In this document: positions 25,081 through 38,200 of the stretch, one piece after another | How positions within the stretch are numbered: the stretch's first letter is position 1 | Layout of the letters: every line of letters starts with the position of its first letter | NCBI GenBank assembly: GCA_013239625.1 | Contig: MU054033.1 | Span: 186,001-250,000, forward strand | Direction: 5' to 3' | Length of the DNA stretch: 64,000 nucleotides | From: Lama guanicoe | Taxonomy: Eukaryota | Notes under the pieces: generated by a model | Database searches by the model: none | Told to the model about the DNA's origin: nothing | The model's input: only the letters and a program-made list of their open reading frames with translations | Made by a program: the position numbers and the translations under genes

Positions 25081-25949
25081 CCAGGCCCTTCGTGGGTCGG
25101 GAGGGAGCCAACACTGCCTGTCCACCCAGTGCCCTGCCCCACCGGCCCCCGATTGCCCCCTAGACCCCACCAGACAGCATGTGCAGATACTGCCCTGGTG
25201 ATCGACACAGGACAGATTGGTTGGGACAGATTCCTCTTGGGACACTTGCCAGGCCCCACGGTTGACCCCGAGGAAGGGGCCCGAGTTGGTAGGAAGTGCC
25301 CCATGTGCTCGCCAGCTCTGCTCACTTCCATGCTCCTCCCCGCTGGACACTCATATTCGCCCCAACCCCAAACTCTTGCCCGCCGCCCCCTGTTCGGGGT
25401 TTTGAGTTGAGGATGTGGCAGTGTCCCTTTAAATGCATCAAGCGGACGCGGGCGTTTACTGCCGTCCCCTTCCTGGTGGGCCTCGCTCTCAGGTATTTTT
25501 ATGAGCTCCCTTTGAGGCTGCTCTGCGAACCAACTGAGTCTGTTGTGGGTCTCCTTTGTCTGCAGCGCTGCTCATATTCCCCCTGAACCCAAGGTGGCCG
25601 GGACGACTGGGGTGACCAGGTGGCGATGACGGGTCAGTGCACACTGCTTCCCCAGACACTGAGAATGTGGGGAAGGCCCATTAGTGGGGAAGGAGTTTGC
25701 TGGCTTCAGGGAGACAATTGTTATCTTTATAAAGAACCTTTAAGGTGACGATGCTTTGTTCTCACATACTATGTGGCAGAATTTGGAGACATGGGACTTG
25801 TAGAGCACACGGGACGCCAGTCAGCCCCTTTGGGATTGTGTCCCCCATGACCACCCTGGGAGGTGGACTGGCCAGTTTGGGGGAGCACTTACTCTCCTTA
25901 GGCCTTGGCATTTCCACTTGTTGCGGAGGAGAAAGCACCGAAGACAGAG

Positions 25950-26110
25950 GGTCCTGGAGCTGGAATCTTGAGCTGGGTGGAGCCCTTATGAGTTATTTCT
26001 TCACTGTGAGCCTCAGTTTCTGCATCTGCAAAATGGGCATGACCACCCCATTATGTGGATTGAAGTGTTGGGACTTGTTGAATGAACTGAGGGAGATACT
26101 CTGCAAATGG
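25950..26110 (+). mobile_element. MIR SINE remnant
   Basis: Core 'ctgtgagcctcagtttctgcatctgcaaaatggg'. Confidence 0.7.
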
Positions 26111-26407
26111 TCTCTTCTCAAGGGCCTTTGTGCTCTTGGCCTGATGCTCTAGTCCCAACCAGTGGCCCCTGGCACAGGTACAAGTGGCCTTTCCACAGGA
26201 GCTGTGGAAGAATAAACAAGGCCCCTCCTGTGCCTCAGGCTGAGAGACGTCACAGCACTTTTATCTTCAGCTCTCTGTGGATGGAGATCCTGTGCTGAGC
26301 CTGCATTTGAAATTACATGGAGCTTTTCCTCTTGTTGGAGAACCTAGAACATAGTTCTAAACTGGAGGGAATCTAAGCCAAGGAGGGCACTGTAGGTTTG
26401 GTTCCTT

Positions 26408-26745
26408 TTTTTTTTTAACTTAAGTAGAGCCAGTTCACAGTGTTACGTCAGTTTCCGGCGTACAGCGTAACGTTTCAGTCATGCATACACGTACACATAG
26501 CCGTTTCCATATTCTTTTTCGTTATAGGTGACTACGAGATACTGAATAGAGTTCCCTGTGCTGTACAGAAGACACTTGTTTGTCTCTTTTATACATGATA
26601 GTGTCTGCAAATCTCGGACTCCCAGTGTATCCCTTCCCACCCCCTTTCCCCCTGGTAACCATGAGTTTCTTTTCTATGTTCGGTGAGTCTGTTTCTGTTT
26701 TGTAAATGAGTTCATTTGTGTCCTTTTTTTTTTTTTCCCCCGATT
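26408..26745 (-). mobile_element. Lineage-specific LINE-1 3' end with TSD
   Basis: Poly-T plus L1 3'UTR ('tgcaaatctcggactcccagtgtatcccttcccaccccc'). TSD ggtttggttcctt (26395-26407) / ggtttggttactt (26746-26758). Confidence 0.85.
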
Positions 26746-27957
26746 GGTTTGGTTACTTCTGAAGCAACTTTACAAACTGTCTCTTCTAGCTGCACACTTA
26801 GGACTTCCCAGAGGTATCTGAAACACACCCAGAAACTGCTAGCATGCAGGGTTCCATTTCCAGTGGGTACAGTTGGATAGGGTGTAATTTATACTGGATA
26901 TACTGTGTAATTTATCTGTTTATATACACCATGTAATTTATACCACCCCTCTTTCTAGTGTAGTTTGCGTTTCAGACGGGCACAGTTGGGCAGTTAAGTG
27001 AAACAGTTTGATGCAGCGGTTTGTCTCGTTAATTGAATGACGGAAGGACATGAGAGAGATCGCGGGCGATGGTGTCCAGAGCCCGGTGCCCCCGTGACCA
27101 GCTCAGTACGGCGGAGGGCCTGTCATGCAGCTTCTCCACTTGTTCATGGGAAAACCCTGTAGCTTTTCTTTCCGATCTGCCCAGAAAAGGGATTTACGGT
27201 CTGGGACCTGATTAAGCAGTGCGTTTTTTAATTTCCAGTGTTTTGCTTCTTAGGTGCTCTTTAATTGATAACGGACTCCCTTCTTAAAAACAGATGTGCA
27301 TTCTTGACTTAAAAGGTTTTTTGCCTCCAAAAGGGGGCTTATGTTCCTCTGTTTTTCACAGAATCTTGAGGTACAAAGTAGGTGGGGTAGTAGTGACAGT
27401 TTGGGGACTGTGGTCTTACGACCTAGACGAGACTCACTGTAGGGTCTCAGGGCAAAATGGGCCCCAGATTTCAAACCAGCTATGCCTTCTGGCCCTGGTG
27501 TGCCCGTGCCTGCATGGAGCTGGGGGACCCTGGGGAAGTGGGGTGTGGCACGAACTCTCCGCAGGCTTCACTGCTTCAGCTGGTTGGCACCACTCAGCCT
27601 CTCCACCATCCCGCCTCCGAGGGGATGTTCCAGTCTCGGGGACCCGATGGCCGCCCCCGCCGCCACATCCTCGTTCTGCGTGGTGCGGGGCACCTGGGCC
27701 CCACTCATACTCACCCGGAGCCCAGGCCGATCAAGTGCTGGGGTCGGTTCCCTCCTCGCTACTGTCTGTGTGGCTCGGCAACGACCTGTTCGACGTGAGG
27801 CTACTGTTGCTGGGAGAACCAGCGGGGTGGAGGCCGGGCACTTCTGGTCTCTAGGTACTTAAGGATTAATGTTTCACTAAATTATCAAGGCTGCATTCAC
27901 AGGTCACTATAGGGTTTCTCCTTCGGTAAACTTAGTTCTCTTGCTCTTGGTTTCCTG

Positions 27958-28138
27958 GTGTGTGTGTGCGCGCGAGTGTGTGTGTACTGCATGCCTGTAA
28001 TGTGTGTGTGTTACACGTGTGTGGTTCTGGTGTGTGTGAAGCGTATGTGTGGCTGTGAGTGTGTATTTGTGTGTGTGTGTGTGTGTGTGTGTAGTTTCCT
28101 GGTGTGTGAGTATGTTGAGGTCAACGTGTCCGTGTGTA
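27958..28138. repeat. Degenerate (TG)n low-complexity tract
   Basis: About 180 bp of interrupted TG repeats, seen directly. Confidence 0.9.
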
Positions 28139-29819
28139 AAGGCAGAGTTTGGGGGGCACTTTTGGGGACCTGGTCTCAGGTGGCTGCTGCGGCCCCACCT
28201 CCCCTCCCCTCCCTGAATGAGGGAGGGCCTTCTCTGTGCCCCTTGCCCCCCAGCTCCCTCCCCTCTCCGTGCTTCTCCGCTCCTAGCAGACCTGTTTCCC
28301 AGCGTCTGCTACTCACGCATGTACACTCGTGTGCGCCTGACCAGGGGCTGGGAGGCGAGTAGCCCCCGGGCCCAGCCTCGGGTCACACGTGCAGACTTCT
28401 CCATCTCCCCCACAGTCCTGCTGTCCCCTGGTGGAGGCTGTCAGCATACTTACCTGCCTCATCAATTCCTGCGGCTCCTTCTCCGCTATCATCTGGTGGG
28501 GTTGATCCCCCGGGTCCTCTCTCAAGGCACAGATGCTCTGTGGACTAATTTTGGGGGGCGAGCACCCTGCCCACTGACTCAGCCACACATCCCCCAGGGA
28601 GCCGAACGGGACGAGGCCTCATGGTGCACCCTGGGCGGCTTCTGGTGGCTGTGCATCCTGGACACGTGGAGAATGACAGGGCTGCCTTCTCAGCTGCCCA
28701 CCTTGTTCAAAAAGCGGCCCCTGCTGTTGCTTCTTGAACAGCACAGAGTGACCGGGGGCAGGACCAGGAAGGGGTGCCTTGGGGCACATGGTGTGCAGGG
28801 GTCTGAGGCCTCCCCGAACCTCAGAGACACCTCGGCTGGCAGGCAGGACAGCGTGAGTCCCACGTGGCACCCCTCCTGTGCGGCTCTACCCTCGGTCCCC
28901 ACCGGTGGGCGCTCTGTTAGCCGGGTGTGGAGGCAGAAGCTGCCCCCTGGGAGGGGGTATAAAATCAGCTTCTTAAACAGACTGTGTCCTTCTGAATTGC
29001 TCCTAGAATCCATGAGATAAGGCACTTGGGCAAATGGTCCTCCTGATGGGAGGTCCCTGGCCCCACCCCTTGGTGAAAGGAGGCTCTGTGTTGTCCTGAT
29101 ACAGGTGAGTGGCATTGTCACAGCAGAACAAGTCCACGTTGTCGTGTGTCAATTACGCCTCAGTGAGACCGATGTGAGCAAAGCGGGGCTCTGTGGGACC
29201 CCTGGGGCTTCGGATCCTGGCTCCTCCCACGTGTTTCGGGCAGACCCTTTAATATCCAGGGCGCACCACGTCTTCCCTCACAGGGGTGTGACTGGGTTGA
29301 GCACGGGCACGCCGTTGGCCTCCCGCTGTTGCCCGGGCGACCACTGTCATCACTTGGGGTCTTTGAGTAGGCCACTGTCACTTTTCCTGAGGGAAGTGTG
29401 GATGGACCCTTTGTGGAGAGGAAACTGGACACGTGGGGCGCCTCACTAAATTAGCATAGGTGGCCATTCGGGACTTCCTTTCCAGAAGCAGTGGCCACAG
29501 CGATGAGGCCCAAGCGGCCGGAGGGGCTGGGGGCCCAGCCGAGGCAGGCTGTCCGTGTGGCCTGTCCGTCACGCTCCTCCCACCTTCGGGCATCTCCAGT
29601 CTTGCCCTTTGTGGCTCCCAGCAGTCAGGCTGCTCCCTCTGTAACCACACATTTGCATGTGGACATGTGACCCAGCCCAAGCCACTCTTAGAACCTGTCC
29701 CATTCTCGGGAGGGAGCTCCGGGGGTCCCGGCTGGGGCCACCCCTAGGGCTCCTGCCTGACCTCTCTCGGAGACTTAGCGCAGGCATCCTTGGCCTCGAG
29801 GGGTCTCACCTGGAAGGAG

Positions 29820-30000
29820 TGGCGAGGTTCTCAGTGAGAATCCCGCCCGGGCGGGACGCAGCGACCGCGCAGCCGTGCTCCCCGCTCTGCGCCCGGGGAA
29901 GCCTGCTGTCTGCCCGCTGCGGGCTGCCCAGGCCCGCCCCGCGTCCTCCCGCCGCACCTCTGGCCAGGCGGTCCCCTCCCCCTGGAACGCCCTTCAGAGT
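29820..30000. promoter_or_regulatory. Small CpG-rich patch with GC boxes
   Basis: 'cccgcccgggcggg','cccgccccgcg' and dense CpG. The 3' end resembles L2. Function unproven. Confidence 0.4.
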
Positions 30001-31550
30001 CCTGCTCCTTGGTCTGCATGTCACTCCACATGACTTCTTGCTTTTATCTGATGAAAATTTCCTAAAGTGATGGAAATCTGCACTGGCAGATTATTTGTAC
30101 CATTTGTCAGCCCCCTGACCTCTGCAGTGCCTTGGGGTGGGTGTGCGAGGAGAGCCTGGTTACTTTCTTCCCTGTGTACAAATAGGGCGTGTGATCATTT
30201 GGACCTCAAACAAGAGACTGTATTTGGGTGCACTTTGAAAATTAAGTGGTGTAGTTTTAGTTGCTAATATTAATCACTTGCTTGACTCTCAAGTCTAACG
30301 AGACTTGAAAACTCCCCACTTCCCGCTAATTTAGGGGTGTTGATTCTGGGCACAGCACCCTGCTGGGTTGGGTGGCTGCTGGGGGGGGCTGTCCCAGCGC
30401 CTTCGTGATACCCAGATATACCCAGCTGCAGGGGCTAAATTTAACCAGTAAGAAAGAACAGTTCTCCTAGAGCAGGAACGCACCCCTCTCTCCCCACACT
30501 TCACCCTCTCCCTTCAAATGAGCTGCTACCCCAAGGAGGGTGGTGAAGGGCCGTGGAGCCCAGCGGTTTCTGCTGCGGCCTGGCCAGGCGGAAAGCGGGC
30601 CTGTCAGGAGTGATCAAAGAGCGTGGTGTTAGGAAAGAACAGGCCTTTATGTTGGTGGTAGGATGATTAGGAAGTAGTAAGAAAAATGCAGGTTTAGACA
30701 GAACATTGTTTTCTTTAATCAGTTCTAAATCCAAAAGGAAAAAAAAAGGGCCCTTGGAAGTCATTTAAAAAGAGATTACAACATACACGTGAACGTTTTT
30801 CCACCTAGCTTACAAGTTTAAACTTCAGGGGGGAGGGCCAGACAAGTCTCTGCTCCTGGCTCTGTTCCTCATCCCTCATTCGGATGAGGCAGTTTCTGTC
30901 ATGGGAATTGGAGGCAGAGGGTGCGTGAGAAACAGGCTGATGTGAGTGGAAAATGGCAGCTGGTGACTTGAAGTTCTGTCTGCCGCACAAAATCCAGGTG
31001 AGGTCACATCTTCCCAGAAGCTGAAGGGAGAAGCCTGGAGTCAGACCATCTTTTAAGGAGAGTGAATTCTGTTGGTTTTAAAGTAGTGCTGTTTCTGAAG
31101 ATAAACCTGCGAAGGACAGAAACGTGGAGGAGCAGGCAGTCCAAGGTTCCGCGAGAGACAAAGTCAAGGACTACGAATGTGCCCCGTGGAGCAGCACTGG
31201 CCAGACCTGATGGGGTGGCCTGCTGCTACTTTTTCTTTTAGACTACAGGAGATAGACTGCTTGCATTCCCCTTCTGGAGGGAGGAAGACAGACTTGAGGA
31301 AACCTTTTTTGTAAGGAGTCCTGACTTCACTTGGACCCTTTGAATTTTATTATTACTTGTAACACTATGACATTTGTTTTAAAAAAATGGAAGCTGCTTG
31401 AACATTCTTATATGATTTGACACGGGTCAGTGCGTTCCTGATGTCCTAGCAGTCTCAGAGCTTCCACGGGTCCCCTGGTGAGAAGCACTGGCACGGGGCG
31501 GTTGTGGATGGACAGGGCTTCTCTGCATTGCCAAACGCCCGAATCATCCA

Positions 31551-31853
31551 GTAGGGTCTTCAGAGAGGTGACTAAGTTAAAATAAGGTTATCAAGGTGGA
31601 CCCTAATCCAATGTGACTGGTGTCCTTTTAAGAAGAGGAAATGAGGACACAGACACACACAGAGAGAAGACTGTGTAAGGACACAGAGGGGAGACAGCCA
31701 CCTGCCAGCCAACGAGCGAGGCCTCAGGAGAAACGAACCCTGAGTCACCTTGGACTTGGACTCTGGCCTCCAGAGCTGTGCAAAGACAGATCTGTTCTTT
31801 AAGCCTTGTGAGCTGTGGCGCATTGTCACAGCAGTCCTGGGAAGCCAACACAC
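31551..31853 (+). mobile_element. MaLR LTR (MLT1A-like)
   Basis: 'taagttaaaataagg...ggtggaccctaatccaatgtgactggtgtccttttaagaagagga...gaggcctcaggagaa...gcctccagagctgtg'. Confidence 0.85.
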
Positions 31854-34666
31854 AGCCAAGTAAGGAAACTGGGGAATCGAGAAACTGAGCCGTGTCTGTG
31901 TGGACGTTTAACATAATGATGTAGGGGCTGTTGGGTATTCATCTGGGTGGGGGGGAACAGCTCTGTTCTCAGCATTCACAAAAATAAAATTCAGATGGAA
32001 TATTTATTGAACGGCAAAGTTAAAGAAGGGCATGTAAGAAAGAGGTTAAGTTTATAATCTTGGTCTGGAAAGTCTTAGTGAAAAAAGCAAGCTGCACAGA
32101 AGATTCCTATGCTGTTTATGTGAAACATTCTCATTCCGCAGTGAAGGGATCTCAAGGTGAATGATTCCTTTTTTTAAATTTTCCTGGGGAAAACCTTCCA
32201 CTTTGAAGTCTGATTCAGTGGCCTCTTGTGCTGGAGCAAGGAGGCCAGGCCGAGGGGGCGGCGGTGGGGGGGACCCCATCTGGGGAGGGTGGAGGGTTCA
32301 CACAGCGCTGTGAGGGGTGAGGGGCTGACATCCCAGCACGGTTCTGCCCGGTCACACTCACAGCACCGCCAGTGCCAGCAGTTTCCTCATAAGCTGTCAT
32401 TTGAAACCAAGCATGTCAAGCGTAGAATTGTGATGTTTACCCCAAAACACACGAGAACAATGGCCCTTTGGGTAGAGGGGATCCTTTTTCTGTTGGAAGA
32501 GACGTGGCATTGTGTTAATGGACTTGGTGTATGAACGTCTGTCTCTACACACCGTTCATTTGTGCTCAGTGCCTTTTTTTAGGCCTTTGAAGCCCACTGT
32601 GCTCTGTAGGTTGTCATTACAAAGTCGGTCCCAAAGCTCTGCATTTAGGGGGTGAGCCCCGCCTGCCTGTGCACGCACAGGGGGAGCCCCTGATGGAGCC
32701 TCGGGAAACTGGAGCATTTGGGCTCGCTCTTGGATGGGCGTGTGGGGAAGCGGGTACTGGTTGGAACAGCTCAGGGGAGAAGTCCGGACGGGTGGGGGGA
32801 CACACTGTCCCAGGAGAGAAGTGGCATCTTTGTCCCAGAGGGCAGGCACCCGGCCTGAGGCAGAGCACGGCTCCCGGGGGAGCAGCTCTCCGCTTACAAG
32901 TGTGTCCTTGCCAGTCCTGTCGCCGTCCCCAGATGTGGCCTTTGAACTGCTTCCTCTCCAGCCTCTGAGTTTTGTCTTCTGGACTTTCTTCTAGGAAACC
33001 AAGGAGAATAATTTGTTTTTATTTTCTAAGAAAAGAACAATCTGGGAAAAAAAACCCGACAGACACCTAGACTCTGGGCTTGTGTTGCTCATGAGGCTGA
33101 AGTCACTGCCCCCAGGGGTGCGGCCTGACCGGCCAGCGTCGGGCGCACAGCCAGCCACGCCTTTGCGCCCTGCCTCTGGCCTGGAGCCTTGGCCACGGGC
33201 ATTGTGACTTTAAAATCCATCCAGTACTCCCCGGGGCCCAAACCAGAACTGCTCTGGAACCTGTCCCCTGCGAGGGGGTTTCCTGTGGGGTTCAGCCACA
33301 AAGCAGTCATTTCTCTCTCTGAAGGCCCCCAATAGGGGTGAGGTGCATGAACGCAGATTTGAAAGTTGAATGTGACGTTTTCGGACCTCAAGAAATTCCT
33401 GAGTCAGCCTTTCTGAAGCCAGTCTCTGGGCCCAGGTTTAGGGACTCAGCATGTCCCGTGCTGTTTGCAAGTCTGACGTTGGCCTTGATGTTTTAAGACA
33501 CCCCGTGTTCTGGTCCACCGTAGGCGCTGGTCGGTGTGGGCGGCTCAGAGGCATCGCGGAGAGGCCGGTGTGGGGGAGGGGTCTGTCCAGATTCCCGGAG
33601 CAGCAGATCCAGAGCTTGGGCCCCTGATCTGGGCACCCCAAGCACATTGGCTGCATATTGGGACATTTCTCAGTTCCCCATGGGGGTGACTTTCCTGGTG
33701 CAGCTTTGAGACGGCGGCCTTCACCGTATGTCCCCCTGCGGGCCTGATGTGCTGGCCGGCCCAGCAGTCGTCTGGGCCCCTAGAGCTGGAGCTTGGGCAA
33801 TCGTTGCCAGCACCAGCTCTGCAGGCGGGGGCTGCGGACTTGGCACCAGGTGTTAACAGGCCTGAGAAGTGCCCTGGGGCCGGGGAGTCACTCCGCCAGT
33901 CCTGCTGGAGAGGGTTCAAGGTGCAGTGTTGGCGAGGCGTACTTGGGGGAACGAAGCGCGTCTCTCCTTAATCACGCAGCCTCTCTTCCAAACGGAGGTG
34001 TCCTGTGATTGTTATTGCACGGAGTCGTTCAGACTCAGAGAGCAAAGGCAAACGGACAGAGTTCATGTTAAATGTTAAAAATGGGACAAGAACCGCACCA
34101 AGCCACGTGGTGACAGCCTGTGGGCACGGCGTGTCTTGGAGCGCAGAGCTCTGTCCCTCAGGCTGGGAGCCTGCGTGGGCTTGGCCACTGGGGGGGGCTC
34201 TTCTGTCTCCGGGCTGCAGGGACCCCTCTCCTCGTGGCCTCCGGTTTCTCCCTGTTAGCTGAGCCTGGGTACCTGCTGTCTGCAGTGACACACCCACACA
34301 CGTTCTGTTCTGCCATTTCGGAGCAGTGGCCGCGGTGCTGACCGGCCTCCCAGAGCAGAGTGGTGCAGGACCCCTGGGCAGGAGGGGAAGTGCGTTTGTT
34401 TCTGTTTTACCCCATCCCCGCGCTGCCACACCTGTGACTGTGCAGACAGAGACCTTAAGCAAAGAGGGAGGGCTGGGAGTGTCTGCTGTCAGCTGGCTGC
34501 AGGGTTAGTATGAACTGGGGTCCCATCGTCTCCGTGGGGGGGGTGCCGGCTTCAGGTAGTGGGGAGGTCGATTCCTGCCCCAGTATTTCCCTGGATGCCT
34601 CGCGCTTCCTTCCCTGCGGGTCGGTGTGGTTTGTGGCCCATTGTTTGTGCCTTTAAATCTCTGTGA

Positions 34667-35121
34667 TGTACCACAGCTTCTTTATCCAGTCATCTGTCGA
34701 TGGACACTTAGCTTGCTTCCATGTCTTGGCTGTTGTAAATAGTGCCGCTGTGAACACTGGGGTGCCTGTATCTTTTTGAATTAGAGTTTCCTCTGGATAT
34801 ATGCCCGGAAAAGAAAATGAACTTATTTACAAAACAGAAAGAGACTCACAGATACAGAGAACAGACTTATGGTTCCCAGGGTGGGGGAAGAAGGTGGGAA
34901 GGGATAAACTGGGAGTTTGAGATTTGCAGACACTAACTACTGTATATAAAATAGATAAACAGTAAGTTTCTTCTGTACAGCACAGGAAACTACATTCAAT
35001 ATCTTGTAGTAACCTATGATGAAAAAGAGTATGAAAACGAATAGATGTGTGATGGAAACATTATGCTGTACACCAGAAATTGATGCAACAGTATAAACTG
35101 ACTATACTTCAATAAAAAAAA
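34667..35121 (+). mobile_element. LINE-1 3' end with 5' inversion
   Basis: 34667-34808 is antisense L1 ('taccacagcttctttatccagtcatctgtcgatggacac'). 34809-35121 is sense L1 3'UTR ending 'cttcaataaaaaaaaa'. Confidence 0.85.
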
Positions 35122-35169
35122 ATTCGCTGTGAATGTCCACATTACCCTCTATCGAAATAAATGGAACGA

Positions 35170-35271
35170 TCGAATGTATGTATGTGTATGCAAGGCTGGG
35201 ACATTGTGCTGTGCACCAGAAATTGATACATTGTAGTTGACTGTACTTCAATTTTTTAAAAAAGGAAAAAA
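35170..35271 (+). mobile_element. Short lineage-specific LINE-1 3' end with TSD
   Basis: TSD aaataaatggaacga (35155-35169) / aaataaatggaatga (35272-35286). The body matches the element at 5259. Confidence 0.88.
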
Positions 35272-38200
35272 AAATAAATGGAATGAAAACTTCCAGATAG
35301 GCAGCTCACTAGTGAGGAACCCTTCAAAAGACTCCTGAACCCGGAAGCACAAGTTAAAAACCTCGAAGAGGTGCCACCTTGCCGCTGTCAGGGACACACC
35401 AGTTTAACAGTCTGACAGCTCCAAGTGTGGGCAGAAGGATGCTGGAGGGAGGTTAGAGTGGTAGGGGGCCACTGAGCCCAGGCTGGAGAAGTTGGGACCT
35501 GCCACCGCGAGCCGGGTAGCAGAGAAACCGTTCCACAGGCGGAAGGGAACCACAGTGGGTGGGGATGCTCACGAAAACTGCAGACAGCCCAGGTGACCAC
35601 AAAAAAAAAACAAGCCAGTTGGTGACAAGTTGTGATGTACGTATTCAGTAGGGCTACAGGTTCTCATTGGATGCCTCTCACCACATAGCCTGGGCGGGAA
35701 AAGCCGGCTGATATAAATGGCCTGATTCTACCTGTTAAAGGTTAAATCTATGCAAAGCAATCTTAAATGTTGCTCTGGGATAAATACATATGTGGTCAAA
35801 GCGTAAAGCTCTTTATGAGAATCAAAAACCAACGTGCCTTCAGGAGAGCGGGCGCCTTTGCAGGGGCACTGAGGAAGGAACGGGGCTGTACTTTGGATGT
35901 TGTATTATTCATTCACTTTTTCTAAACTAAAATACTCCCAAACCGGAAAAACAAGCGAACCCTGAAGCCTCTGAATCACTGGATACTAGAAATGGAACTC
36001 CAAAGACACTTTTTCTTCCAGACTGTGCCCTGTGCCCAGGATGGGAGCTTGTCACCTAAAGATAAAAAAACCTCGCCCCGAGGGTCCTGCCCCCCTGGCC
36101 TTTGTGAGTCCCTTCTGGGGAGCCGGAGACGCTAAAAGCTGTCTTGCTCCGGATGCTTGAAGAGGTTGAATTTCCTTAGGATCCTGGGATCCGGGGATAA
36201 AAGAAAGGCGGGCTGTCTCTGCTGTTGTCAGGGGAGCCCAGTTTGGGTCTGTATTTATATATTCATAGGACCCTCTCCTGCCGGGCTTTTAAATGGTGAG
36301 TAATGGGTTCATGACCCTTGGTGAGAAGAAAGATAACCCCAGCAGGTAATATTATCTTTTCCTTTCATCTGCTAATCTCCCTGCTGCCGGCCCAACACCC
36401 CAGAGCGCTGGGTCTGCGTGCTCACCAGAGCCCTGCAATTACACCCTCTGCCTCCCCCACCCTGAACCTGGAAAACCTGATTTTCTTCGGGAGAAAAGAA
36501 ACACCACCCCGGGAACAGAATTTGGTTTGTATTTCCCGGGAAGCGTGGGCTGGTCAGGGATCACTTCCTAACCCTCCGGTGAGCTGGAAATCGGAAGGCC
36601 TTTGTCTCGGCACAGGGGGTGCAGCTGCCCCCGATCCTGGCCCCACCGGCTCAGACACCGCGGTGTAGACAGGCTGAGGTGTAGACGGGGTGTGTGGTGT
36701 ACCCGCCGTCATTCCAGCCCAGGTCAGCCTGGATTCGTGTCGGGCCCTCAAGATGGGGAGGGAGAAGGCGGGATATCAGATTTTCATCATGGAAAATTTC
36801 AGACTAATACAGAGTAGGAACCGCCTCCCTCCACCTCTGGTTCCAACAATACTTGTCCATTCACACTTCCATTCTCCCCCCACCCCGAATTCATCATGTC
36901 ATTCCTGAACATCTTATTATATGTCTCAAAAAGAGGGGGGCTCCTTGACAAAGGAACCGCATTCTGCCATGACCACACTTAACACAGTGAACAGTTATTT
37001 CATAAAATAAAATATGCAGCCAGTGTTCACTGTTTATTTCATGATTTTTTATTTTTTAGTGTTCGATCAGGACTGAAGTAAAGTCTTAGGTGTTATAAAC
37101 GGTGGACTGACTTAAATCCGTTGAATTTGGTTGGATCTGGGGAGAATCACAAGCTCGGGGGGGGGGCTTGGAGGGTTCCTGCTGGAACTGGATTTCAGTA
37201 AACCTCCCCGTCCTCTCGGATCCCAGCCTCACCCAGACGTTTGGCCGTGGCCTTTAACTGCATCCTCCAGCACACGCACCTGGTGCCACAGTGCAGGCGT
37301 GGGGTCACACTCTACTTCTGGCCACCCCAAGCTCTCCCCGGCACCCCAGGTGGGGGGAATGAAGGGATCTGGAAGCTACTTTTAAAGAGGACAAGTGGTT
37401 GTCCTGACGTGACAGCCCGTCCTGGGCCTGATGAACTGGGAAGTCCGTGGAGGCCGGTTCATTCCTGTTGAAGAGGTCCAGGAACGGGGCCTCCAGTACC
37501 AGAGGCCACTCCCCCCAAAAACTGTTGCAGGTTTGTTTGGTTTGGTTTGGTTTTCAGCTTCTCCTCGGCCCCCTGCTGCCCCCCGCCCCAGCCCCTTTGT
37601 TTTCCGCCAGCTGCAGGCCGGGCTGCCATTTGGAATCCAGGCTGGCTCCTCGGTCTGGCTCACAAATGGGAGAGGCTGGGGTGCAGGAGCTCACGCCTCT
37701 CAGTGAGCATTCTGGGGGAAAGTGGAGGGTGGCGAGGGCTGCCGGCTTGATTATCTCAGATTCTGGGAAGTGCCAGGCCCGGGGCTCCTGAGCTCAGAGG
37801 CGTGTTAGCTTTTTTAGTAAAGGCTTCGTGAACTCTGCCTGGAACACAGAAAATGCTGAGTTAAGGCAATAAAGTGTTTATTCCATTGTCTCCCCCCGCC
37901 AATTAATCACCTTCTTAGCACAGGAAGTTGATGACTTAATTTAGAAAATATGGTTAAAAAAGAAAAAAAGCTGGGTCCAAAGGCTGTTTGGACCTCACTC
38001 AGTACAAGTTAACTGTCTATGCAGTTTATAGGCTGACATTGATTTAAAGAAATAAAAAGTGAAAAAGGACTCCAGAGTTCTGCCAAGCTGGAGAGGGAAG
38101 CGTGCTCCGTGCACAGAACAGTCTCGGACGTGCCTGGCCGCCCGAGGGATGCTTTCGCTGCAGTTCAGACCGGAAATCCAGGAGAGGTACAAGTTTGTTG

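Noticed and set aside
28217..29020. Longest ORF in the window (267 aa)
   Set aside because: No recognisable domain or exon structure, and several frames are open here; consistent with chance in GC-rich DNA.
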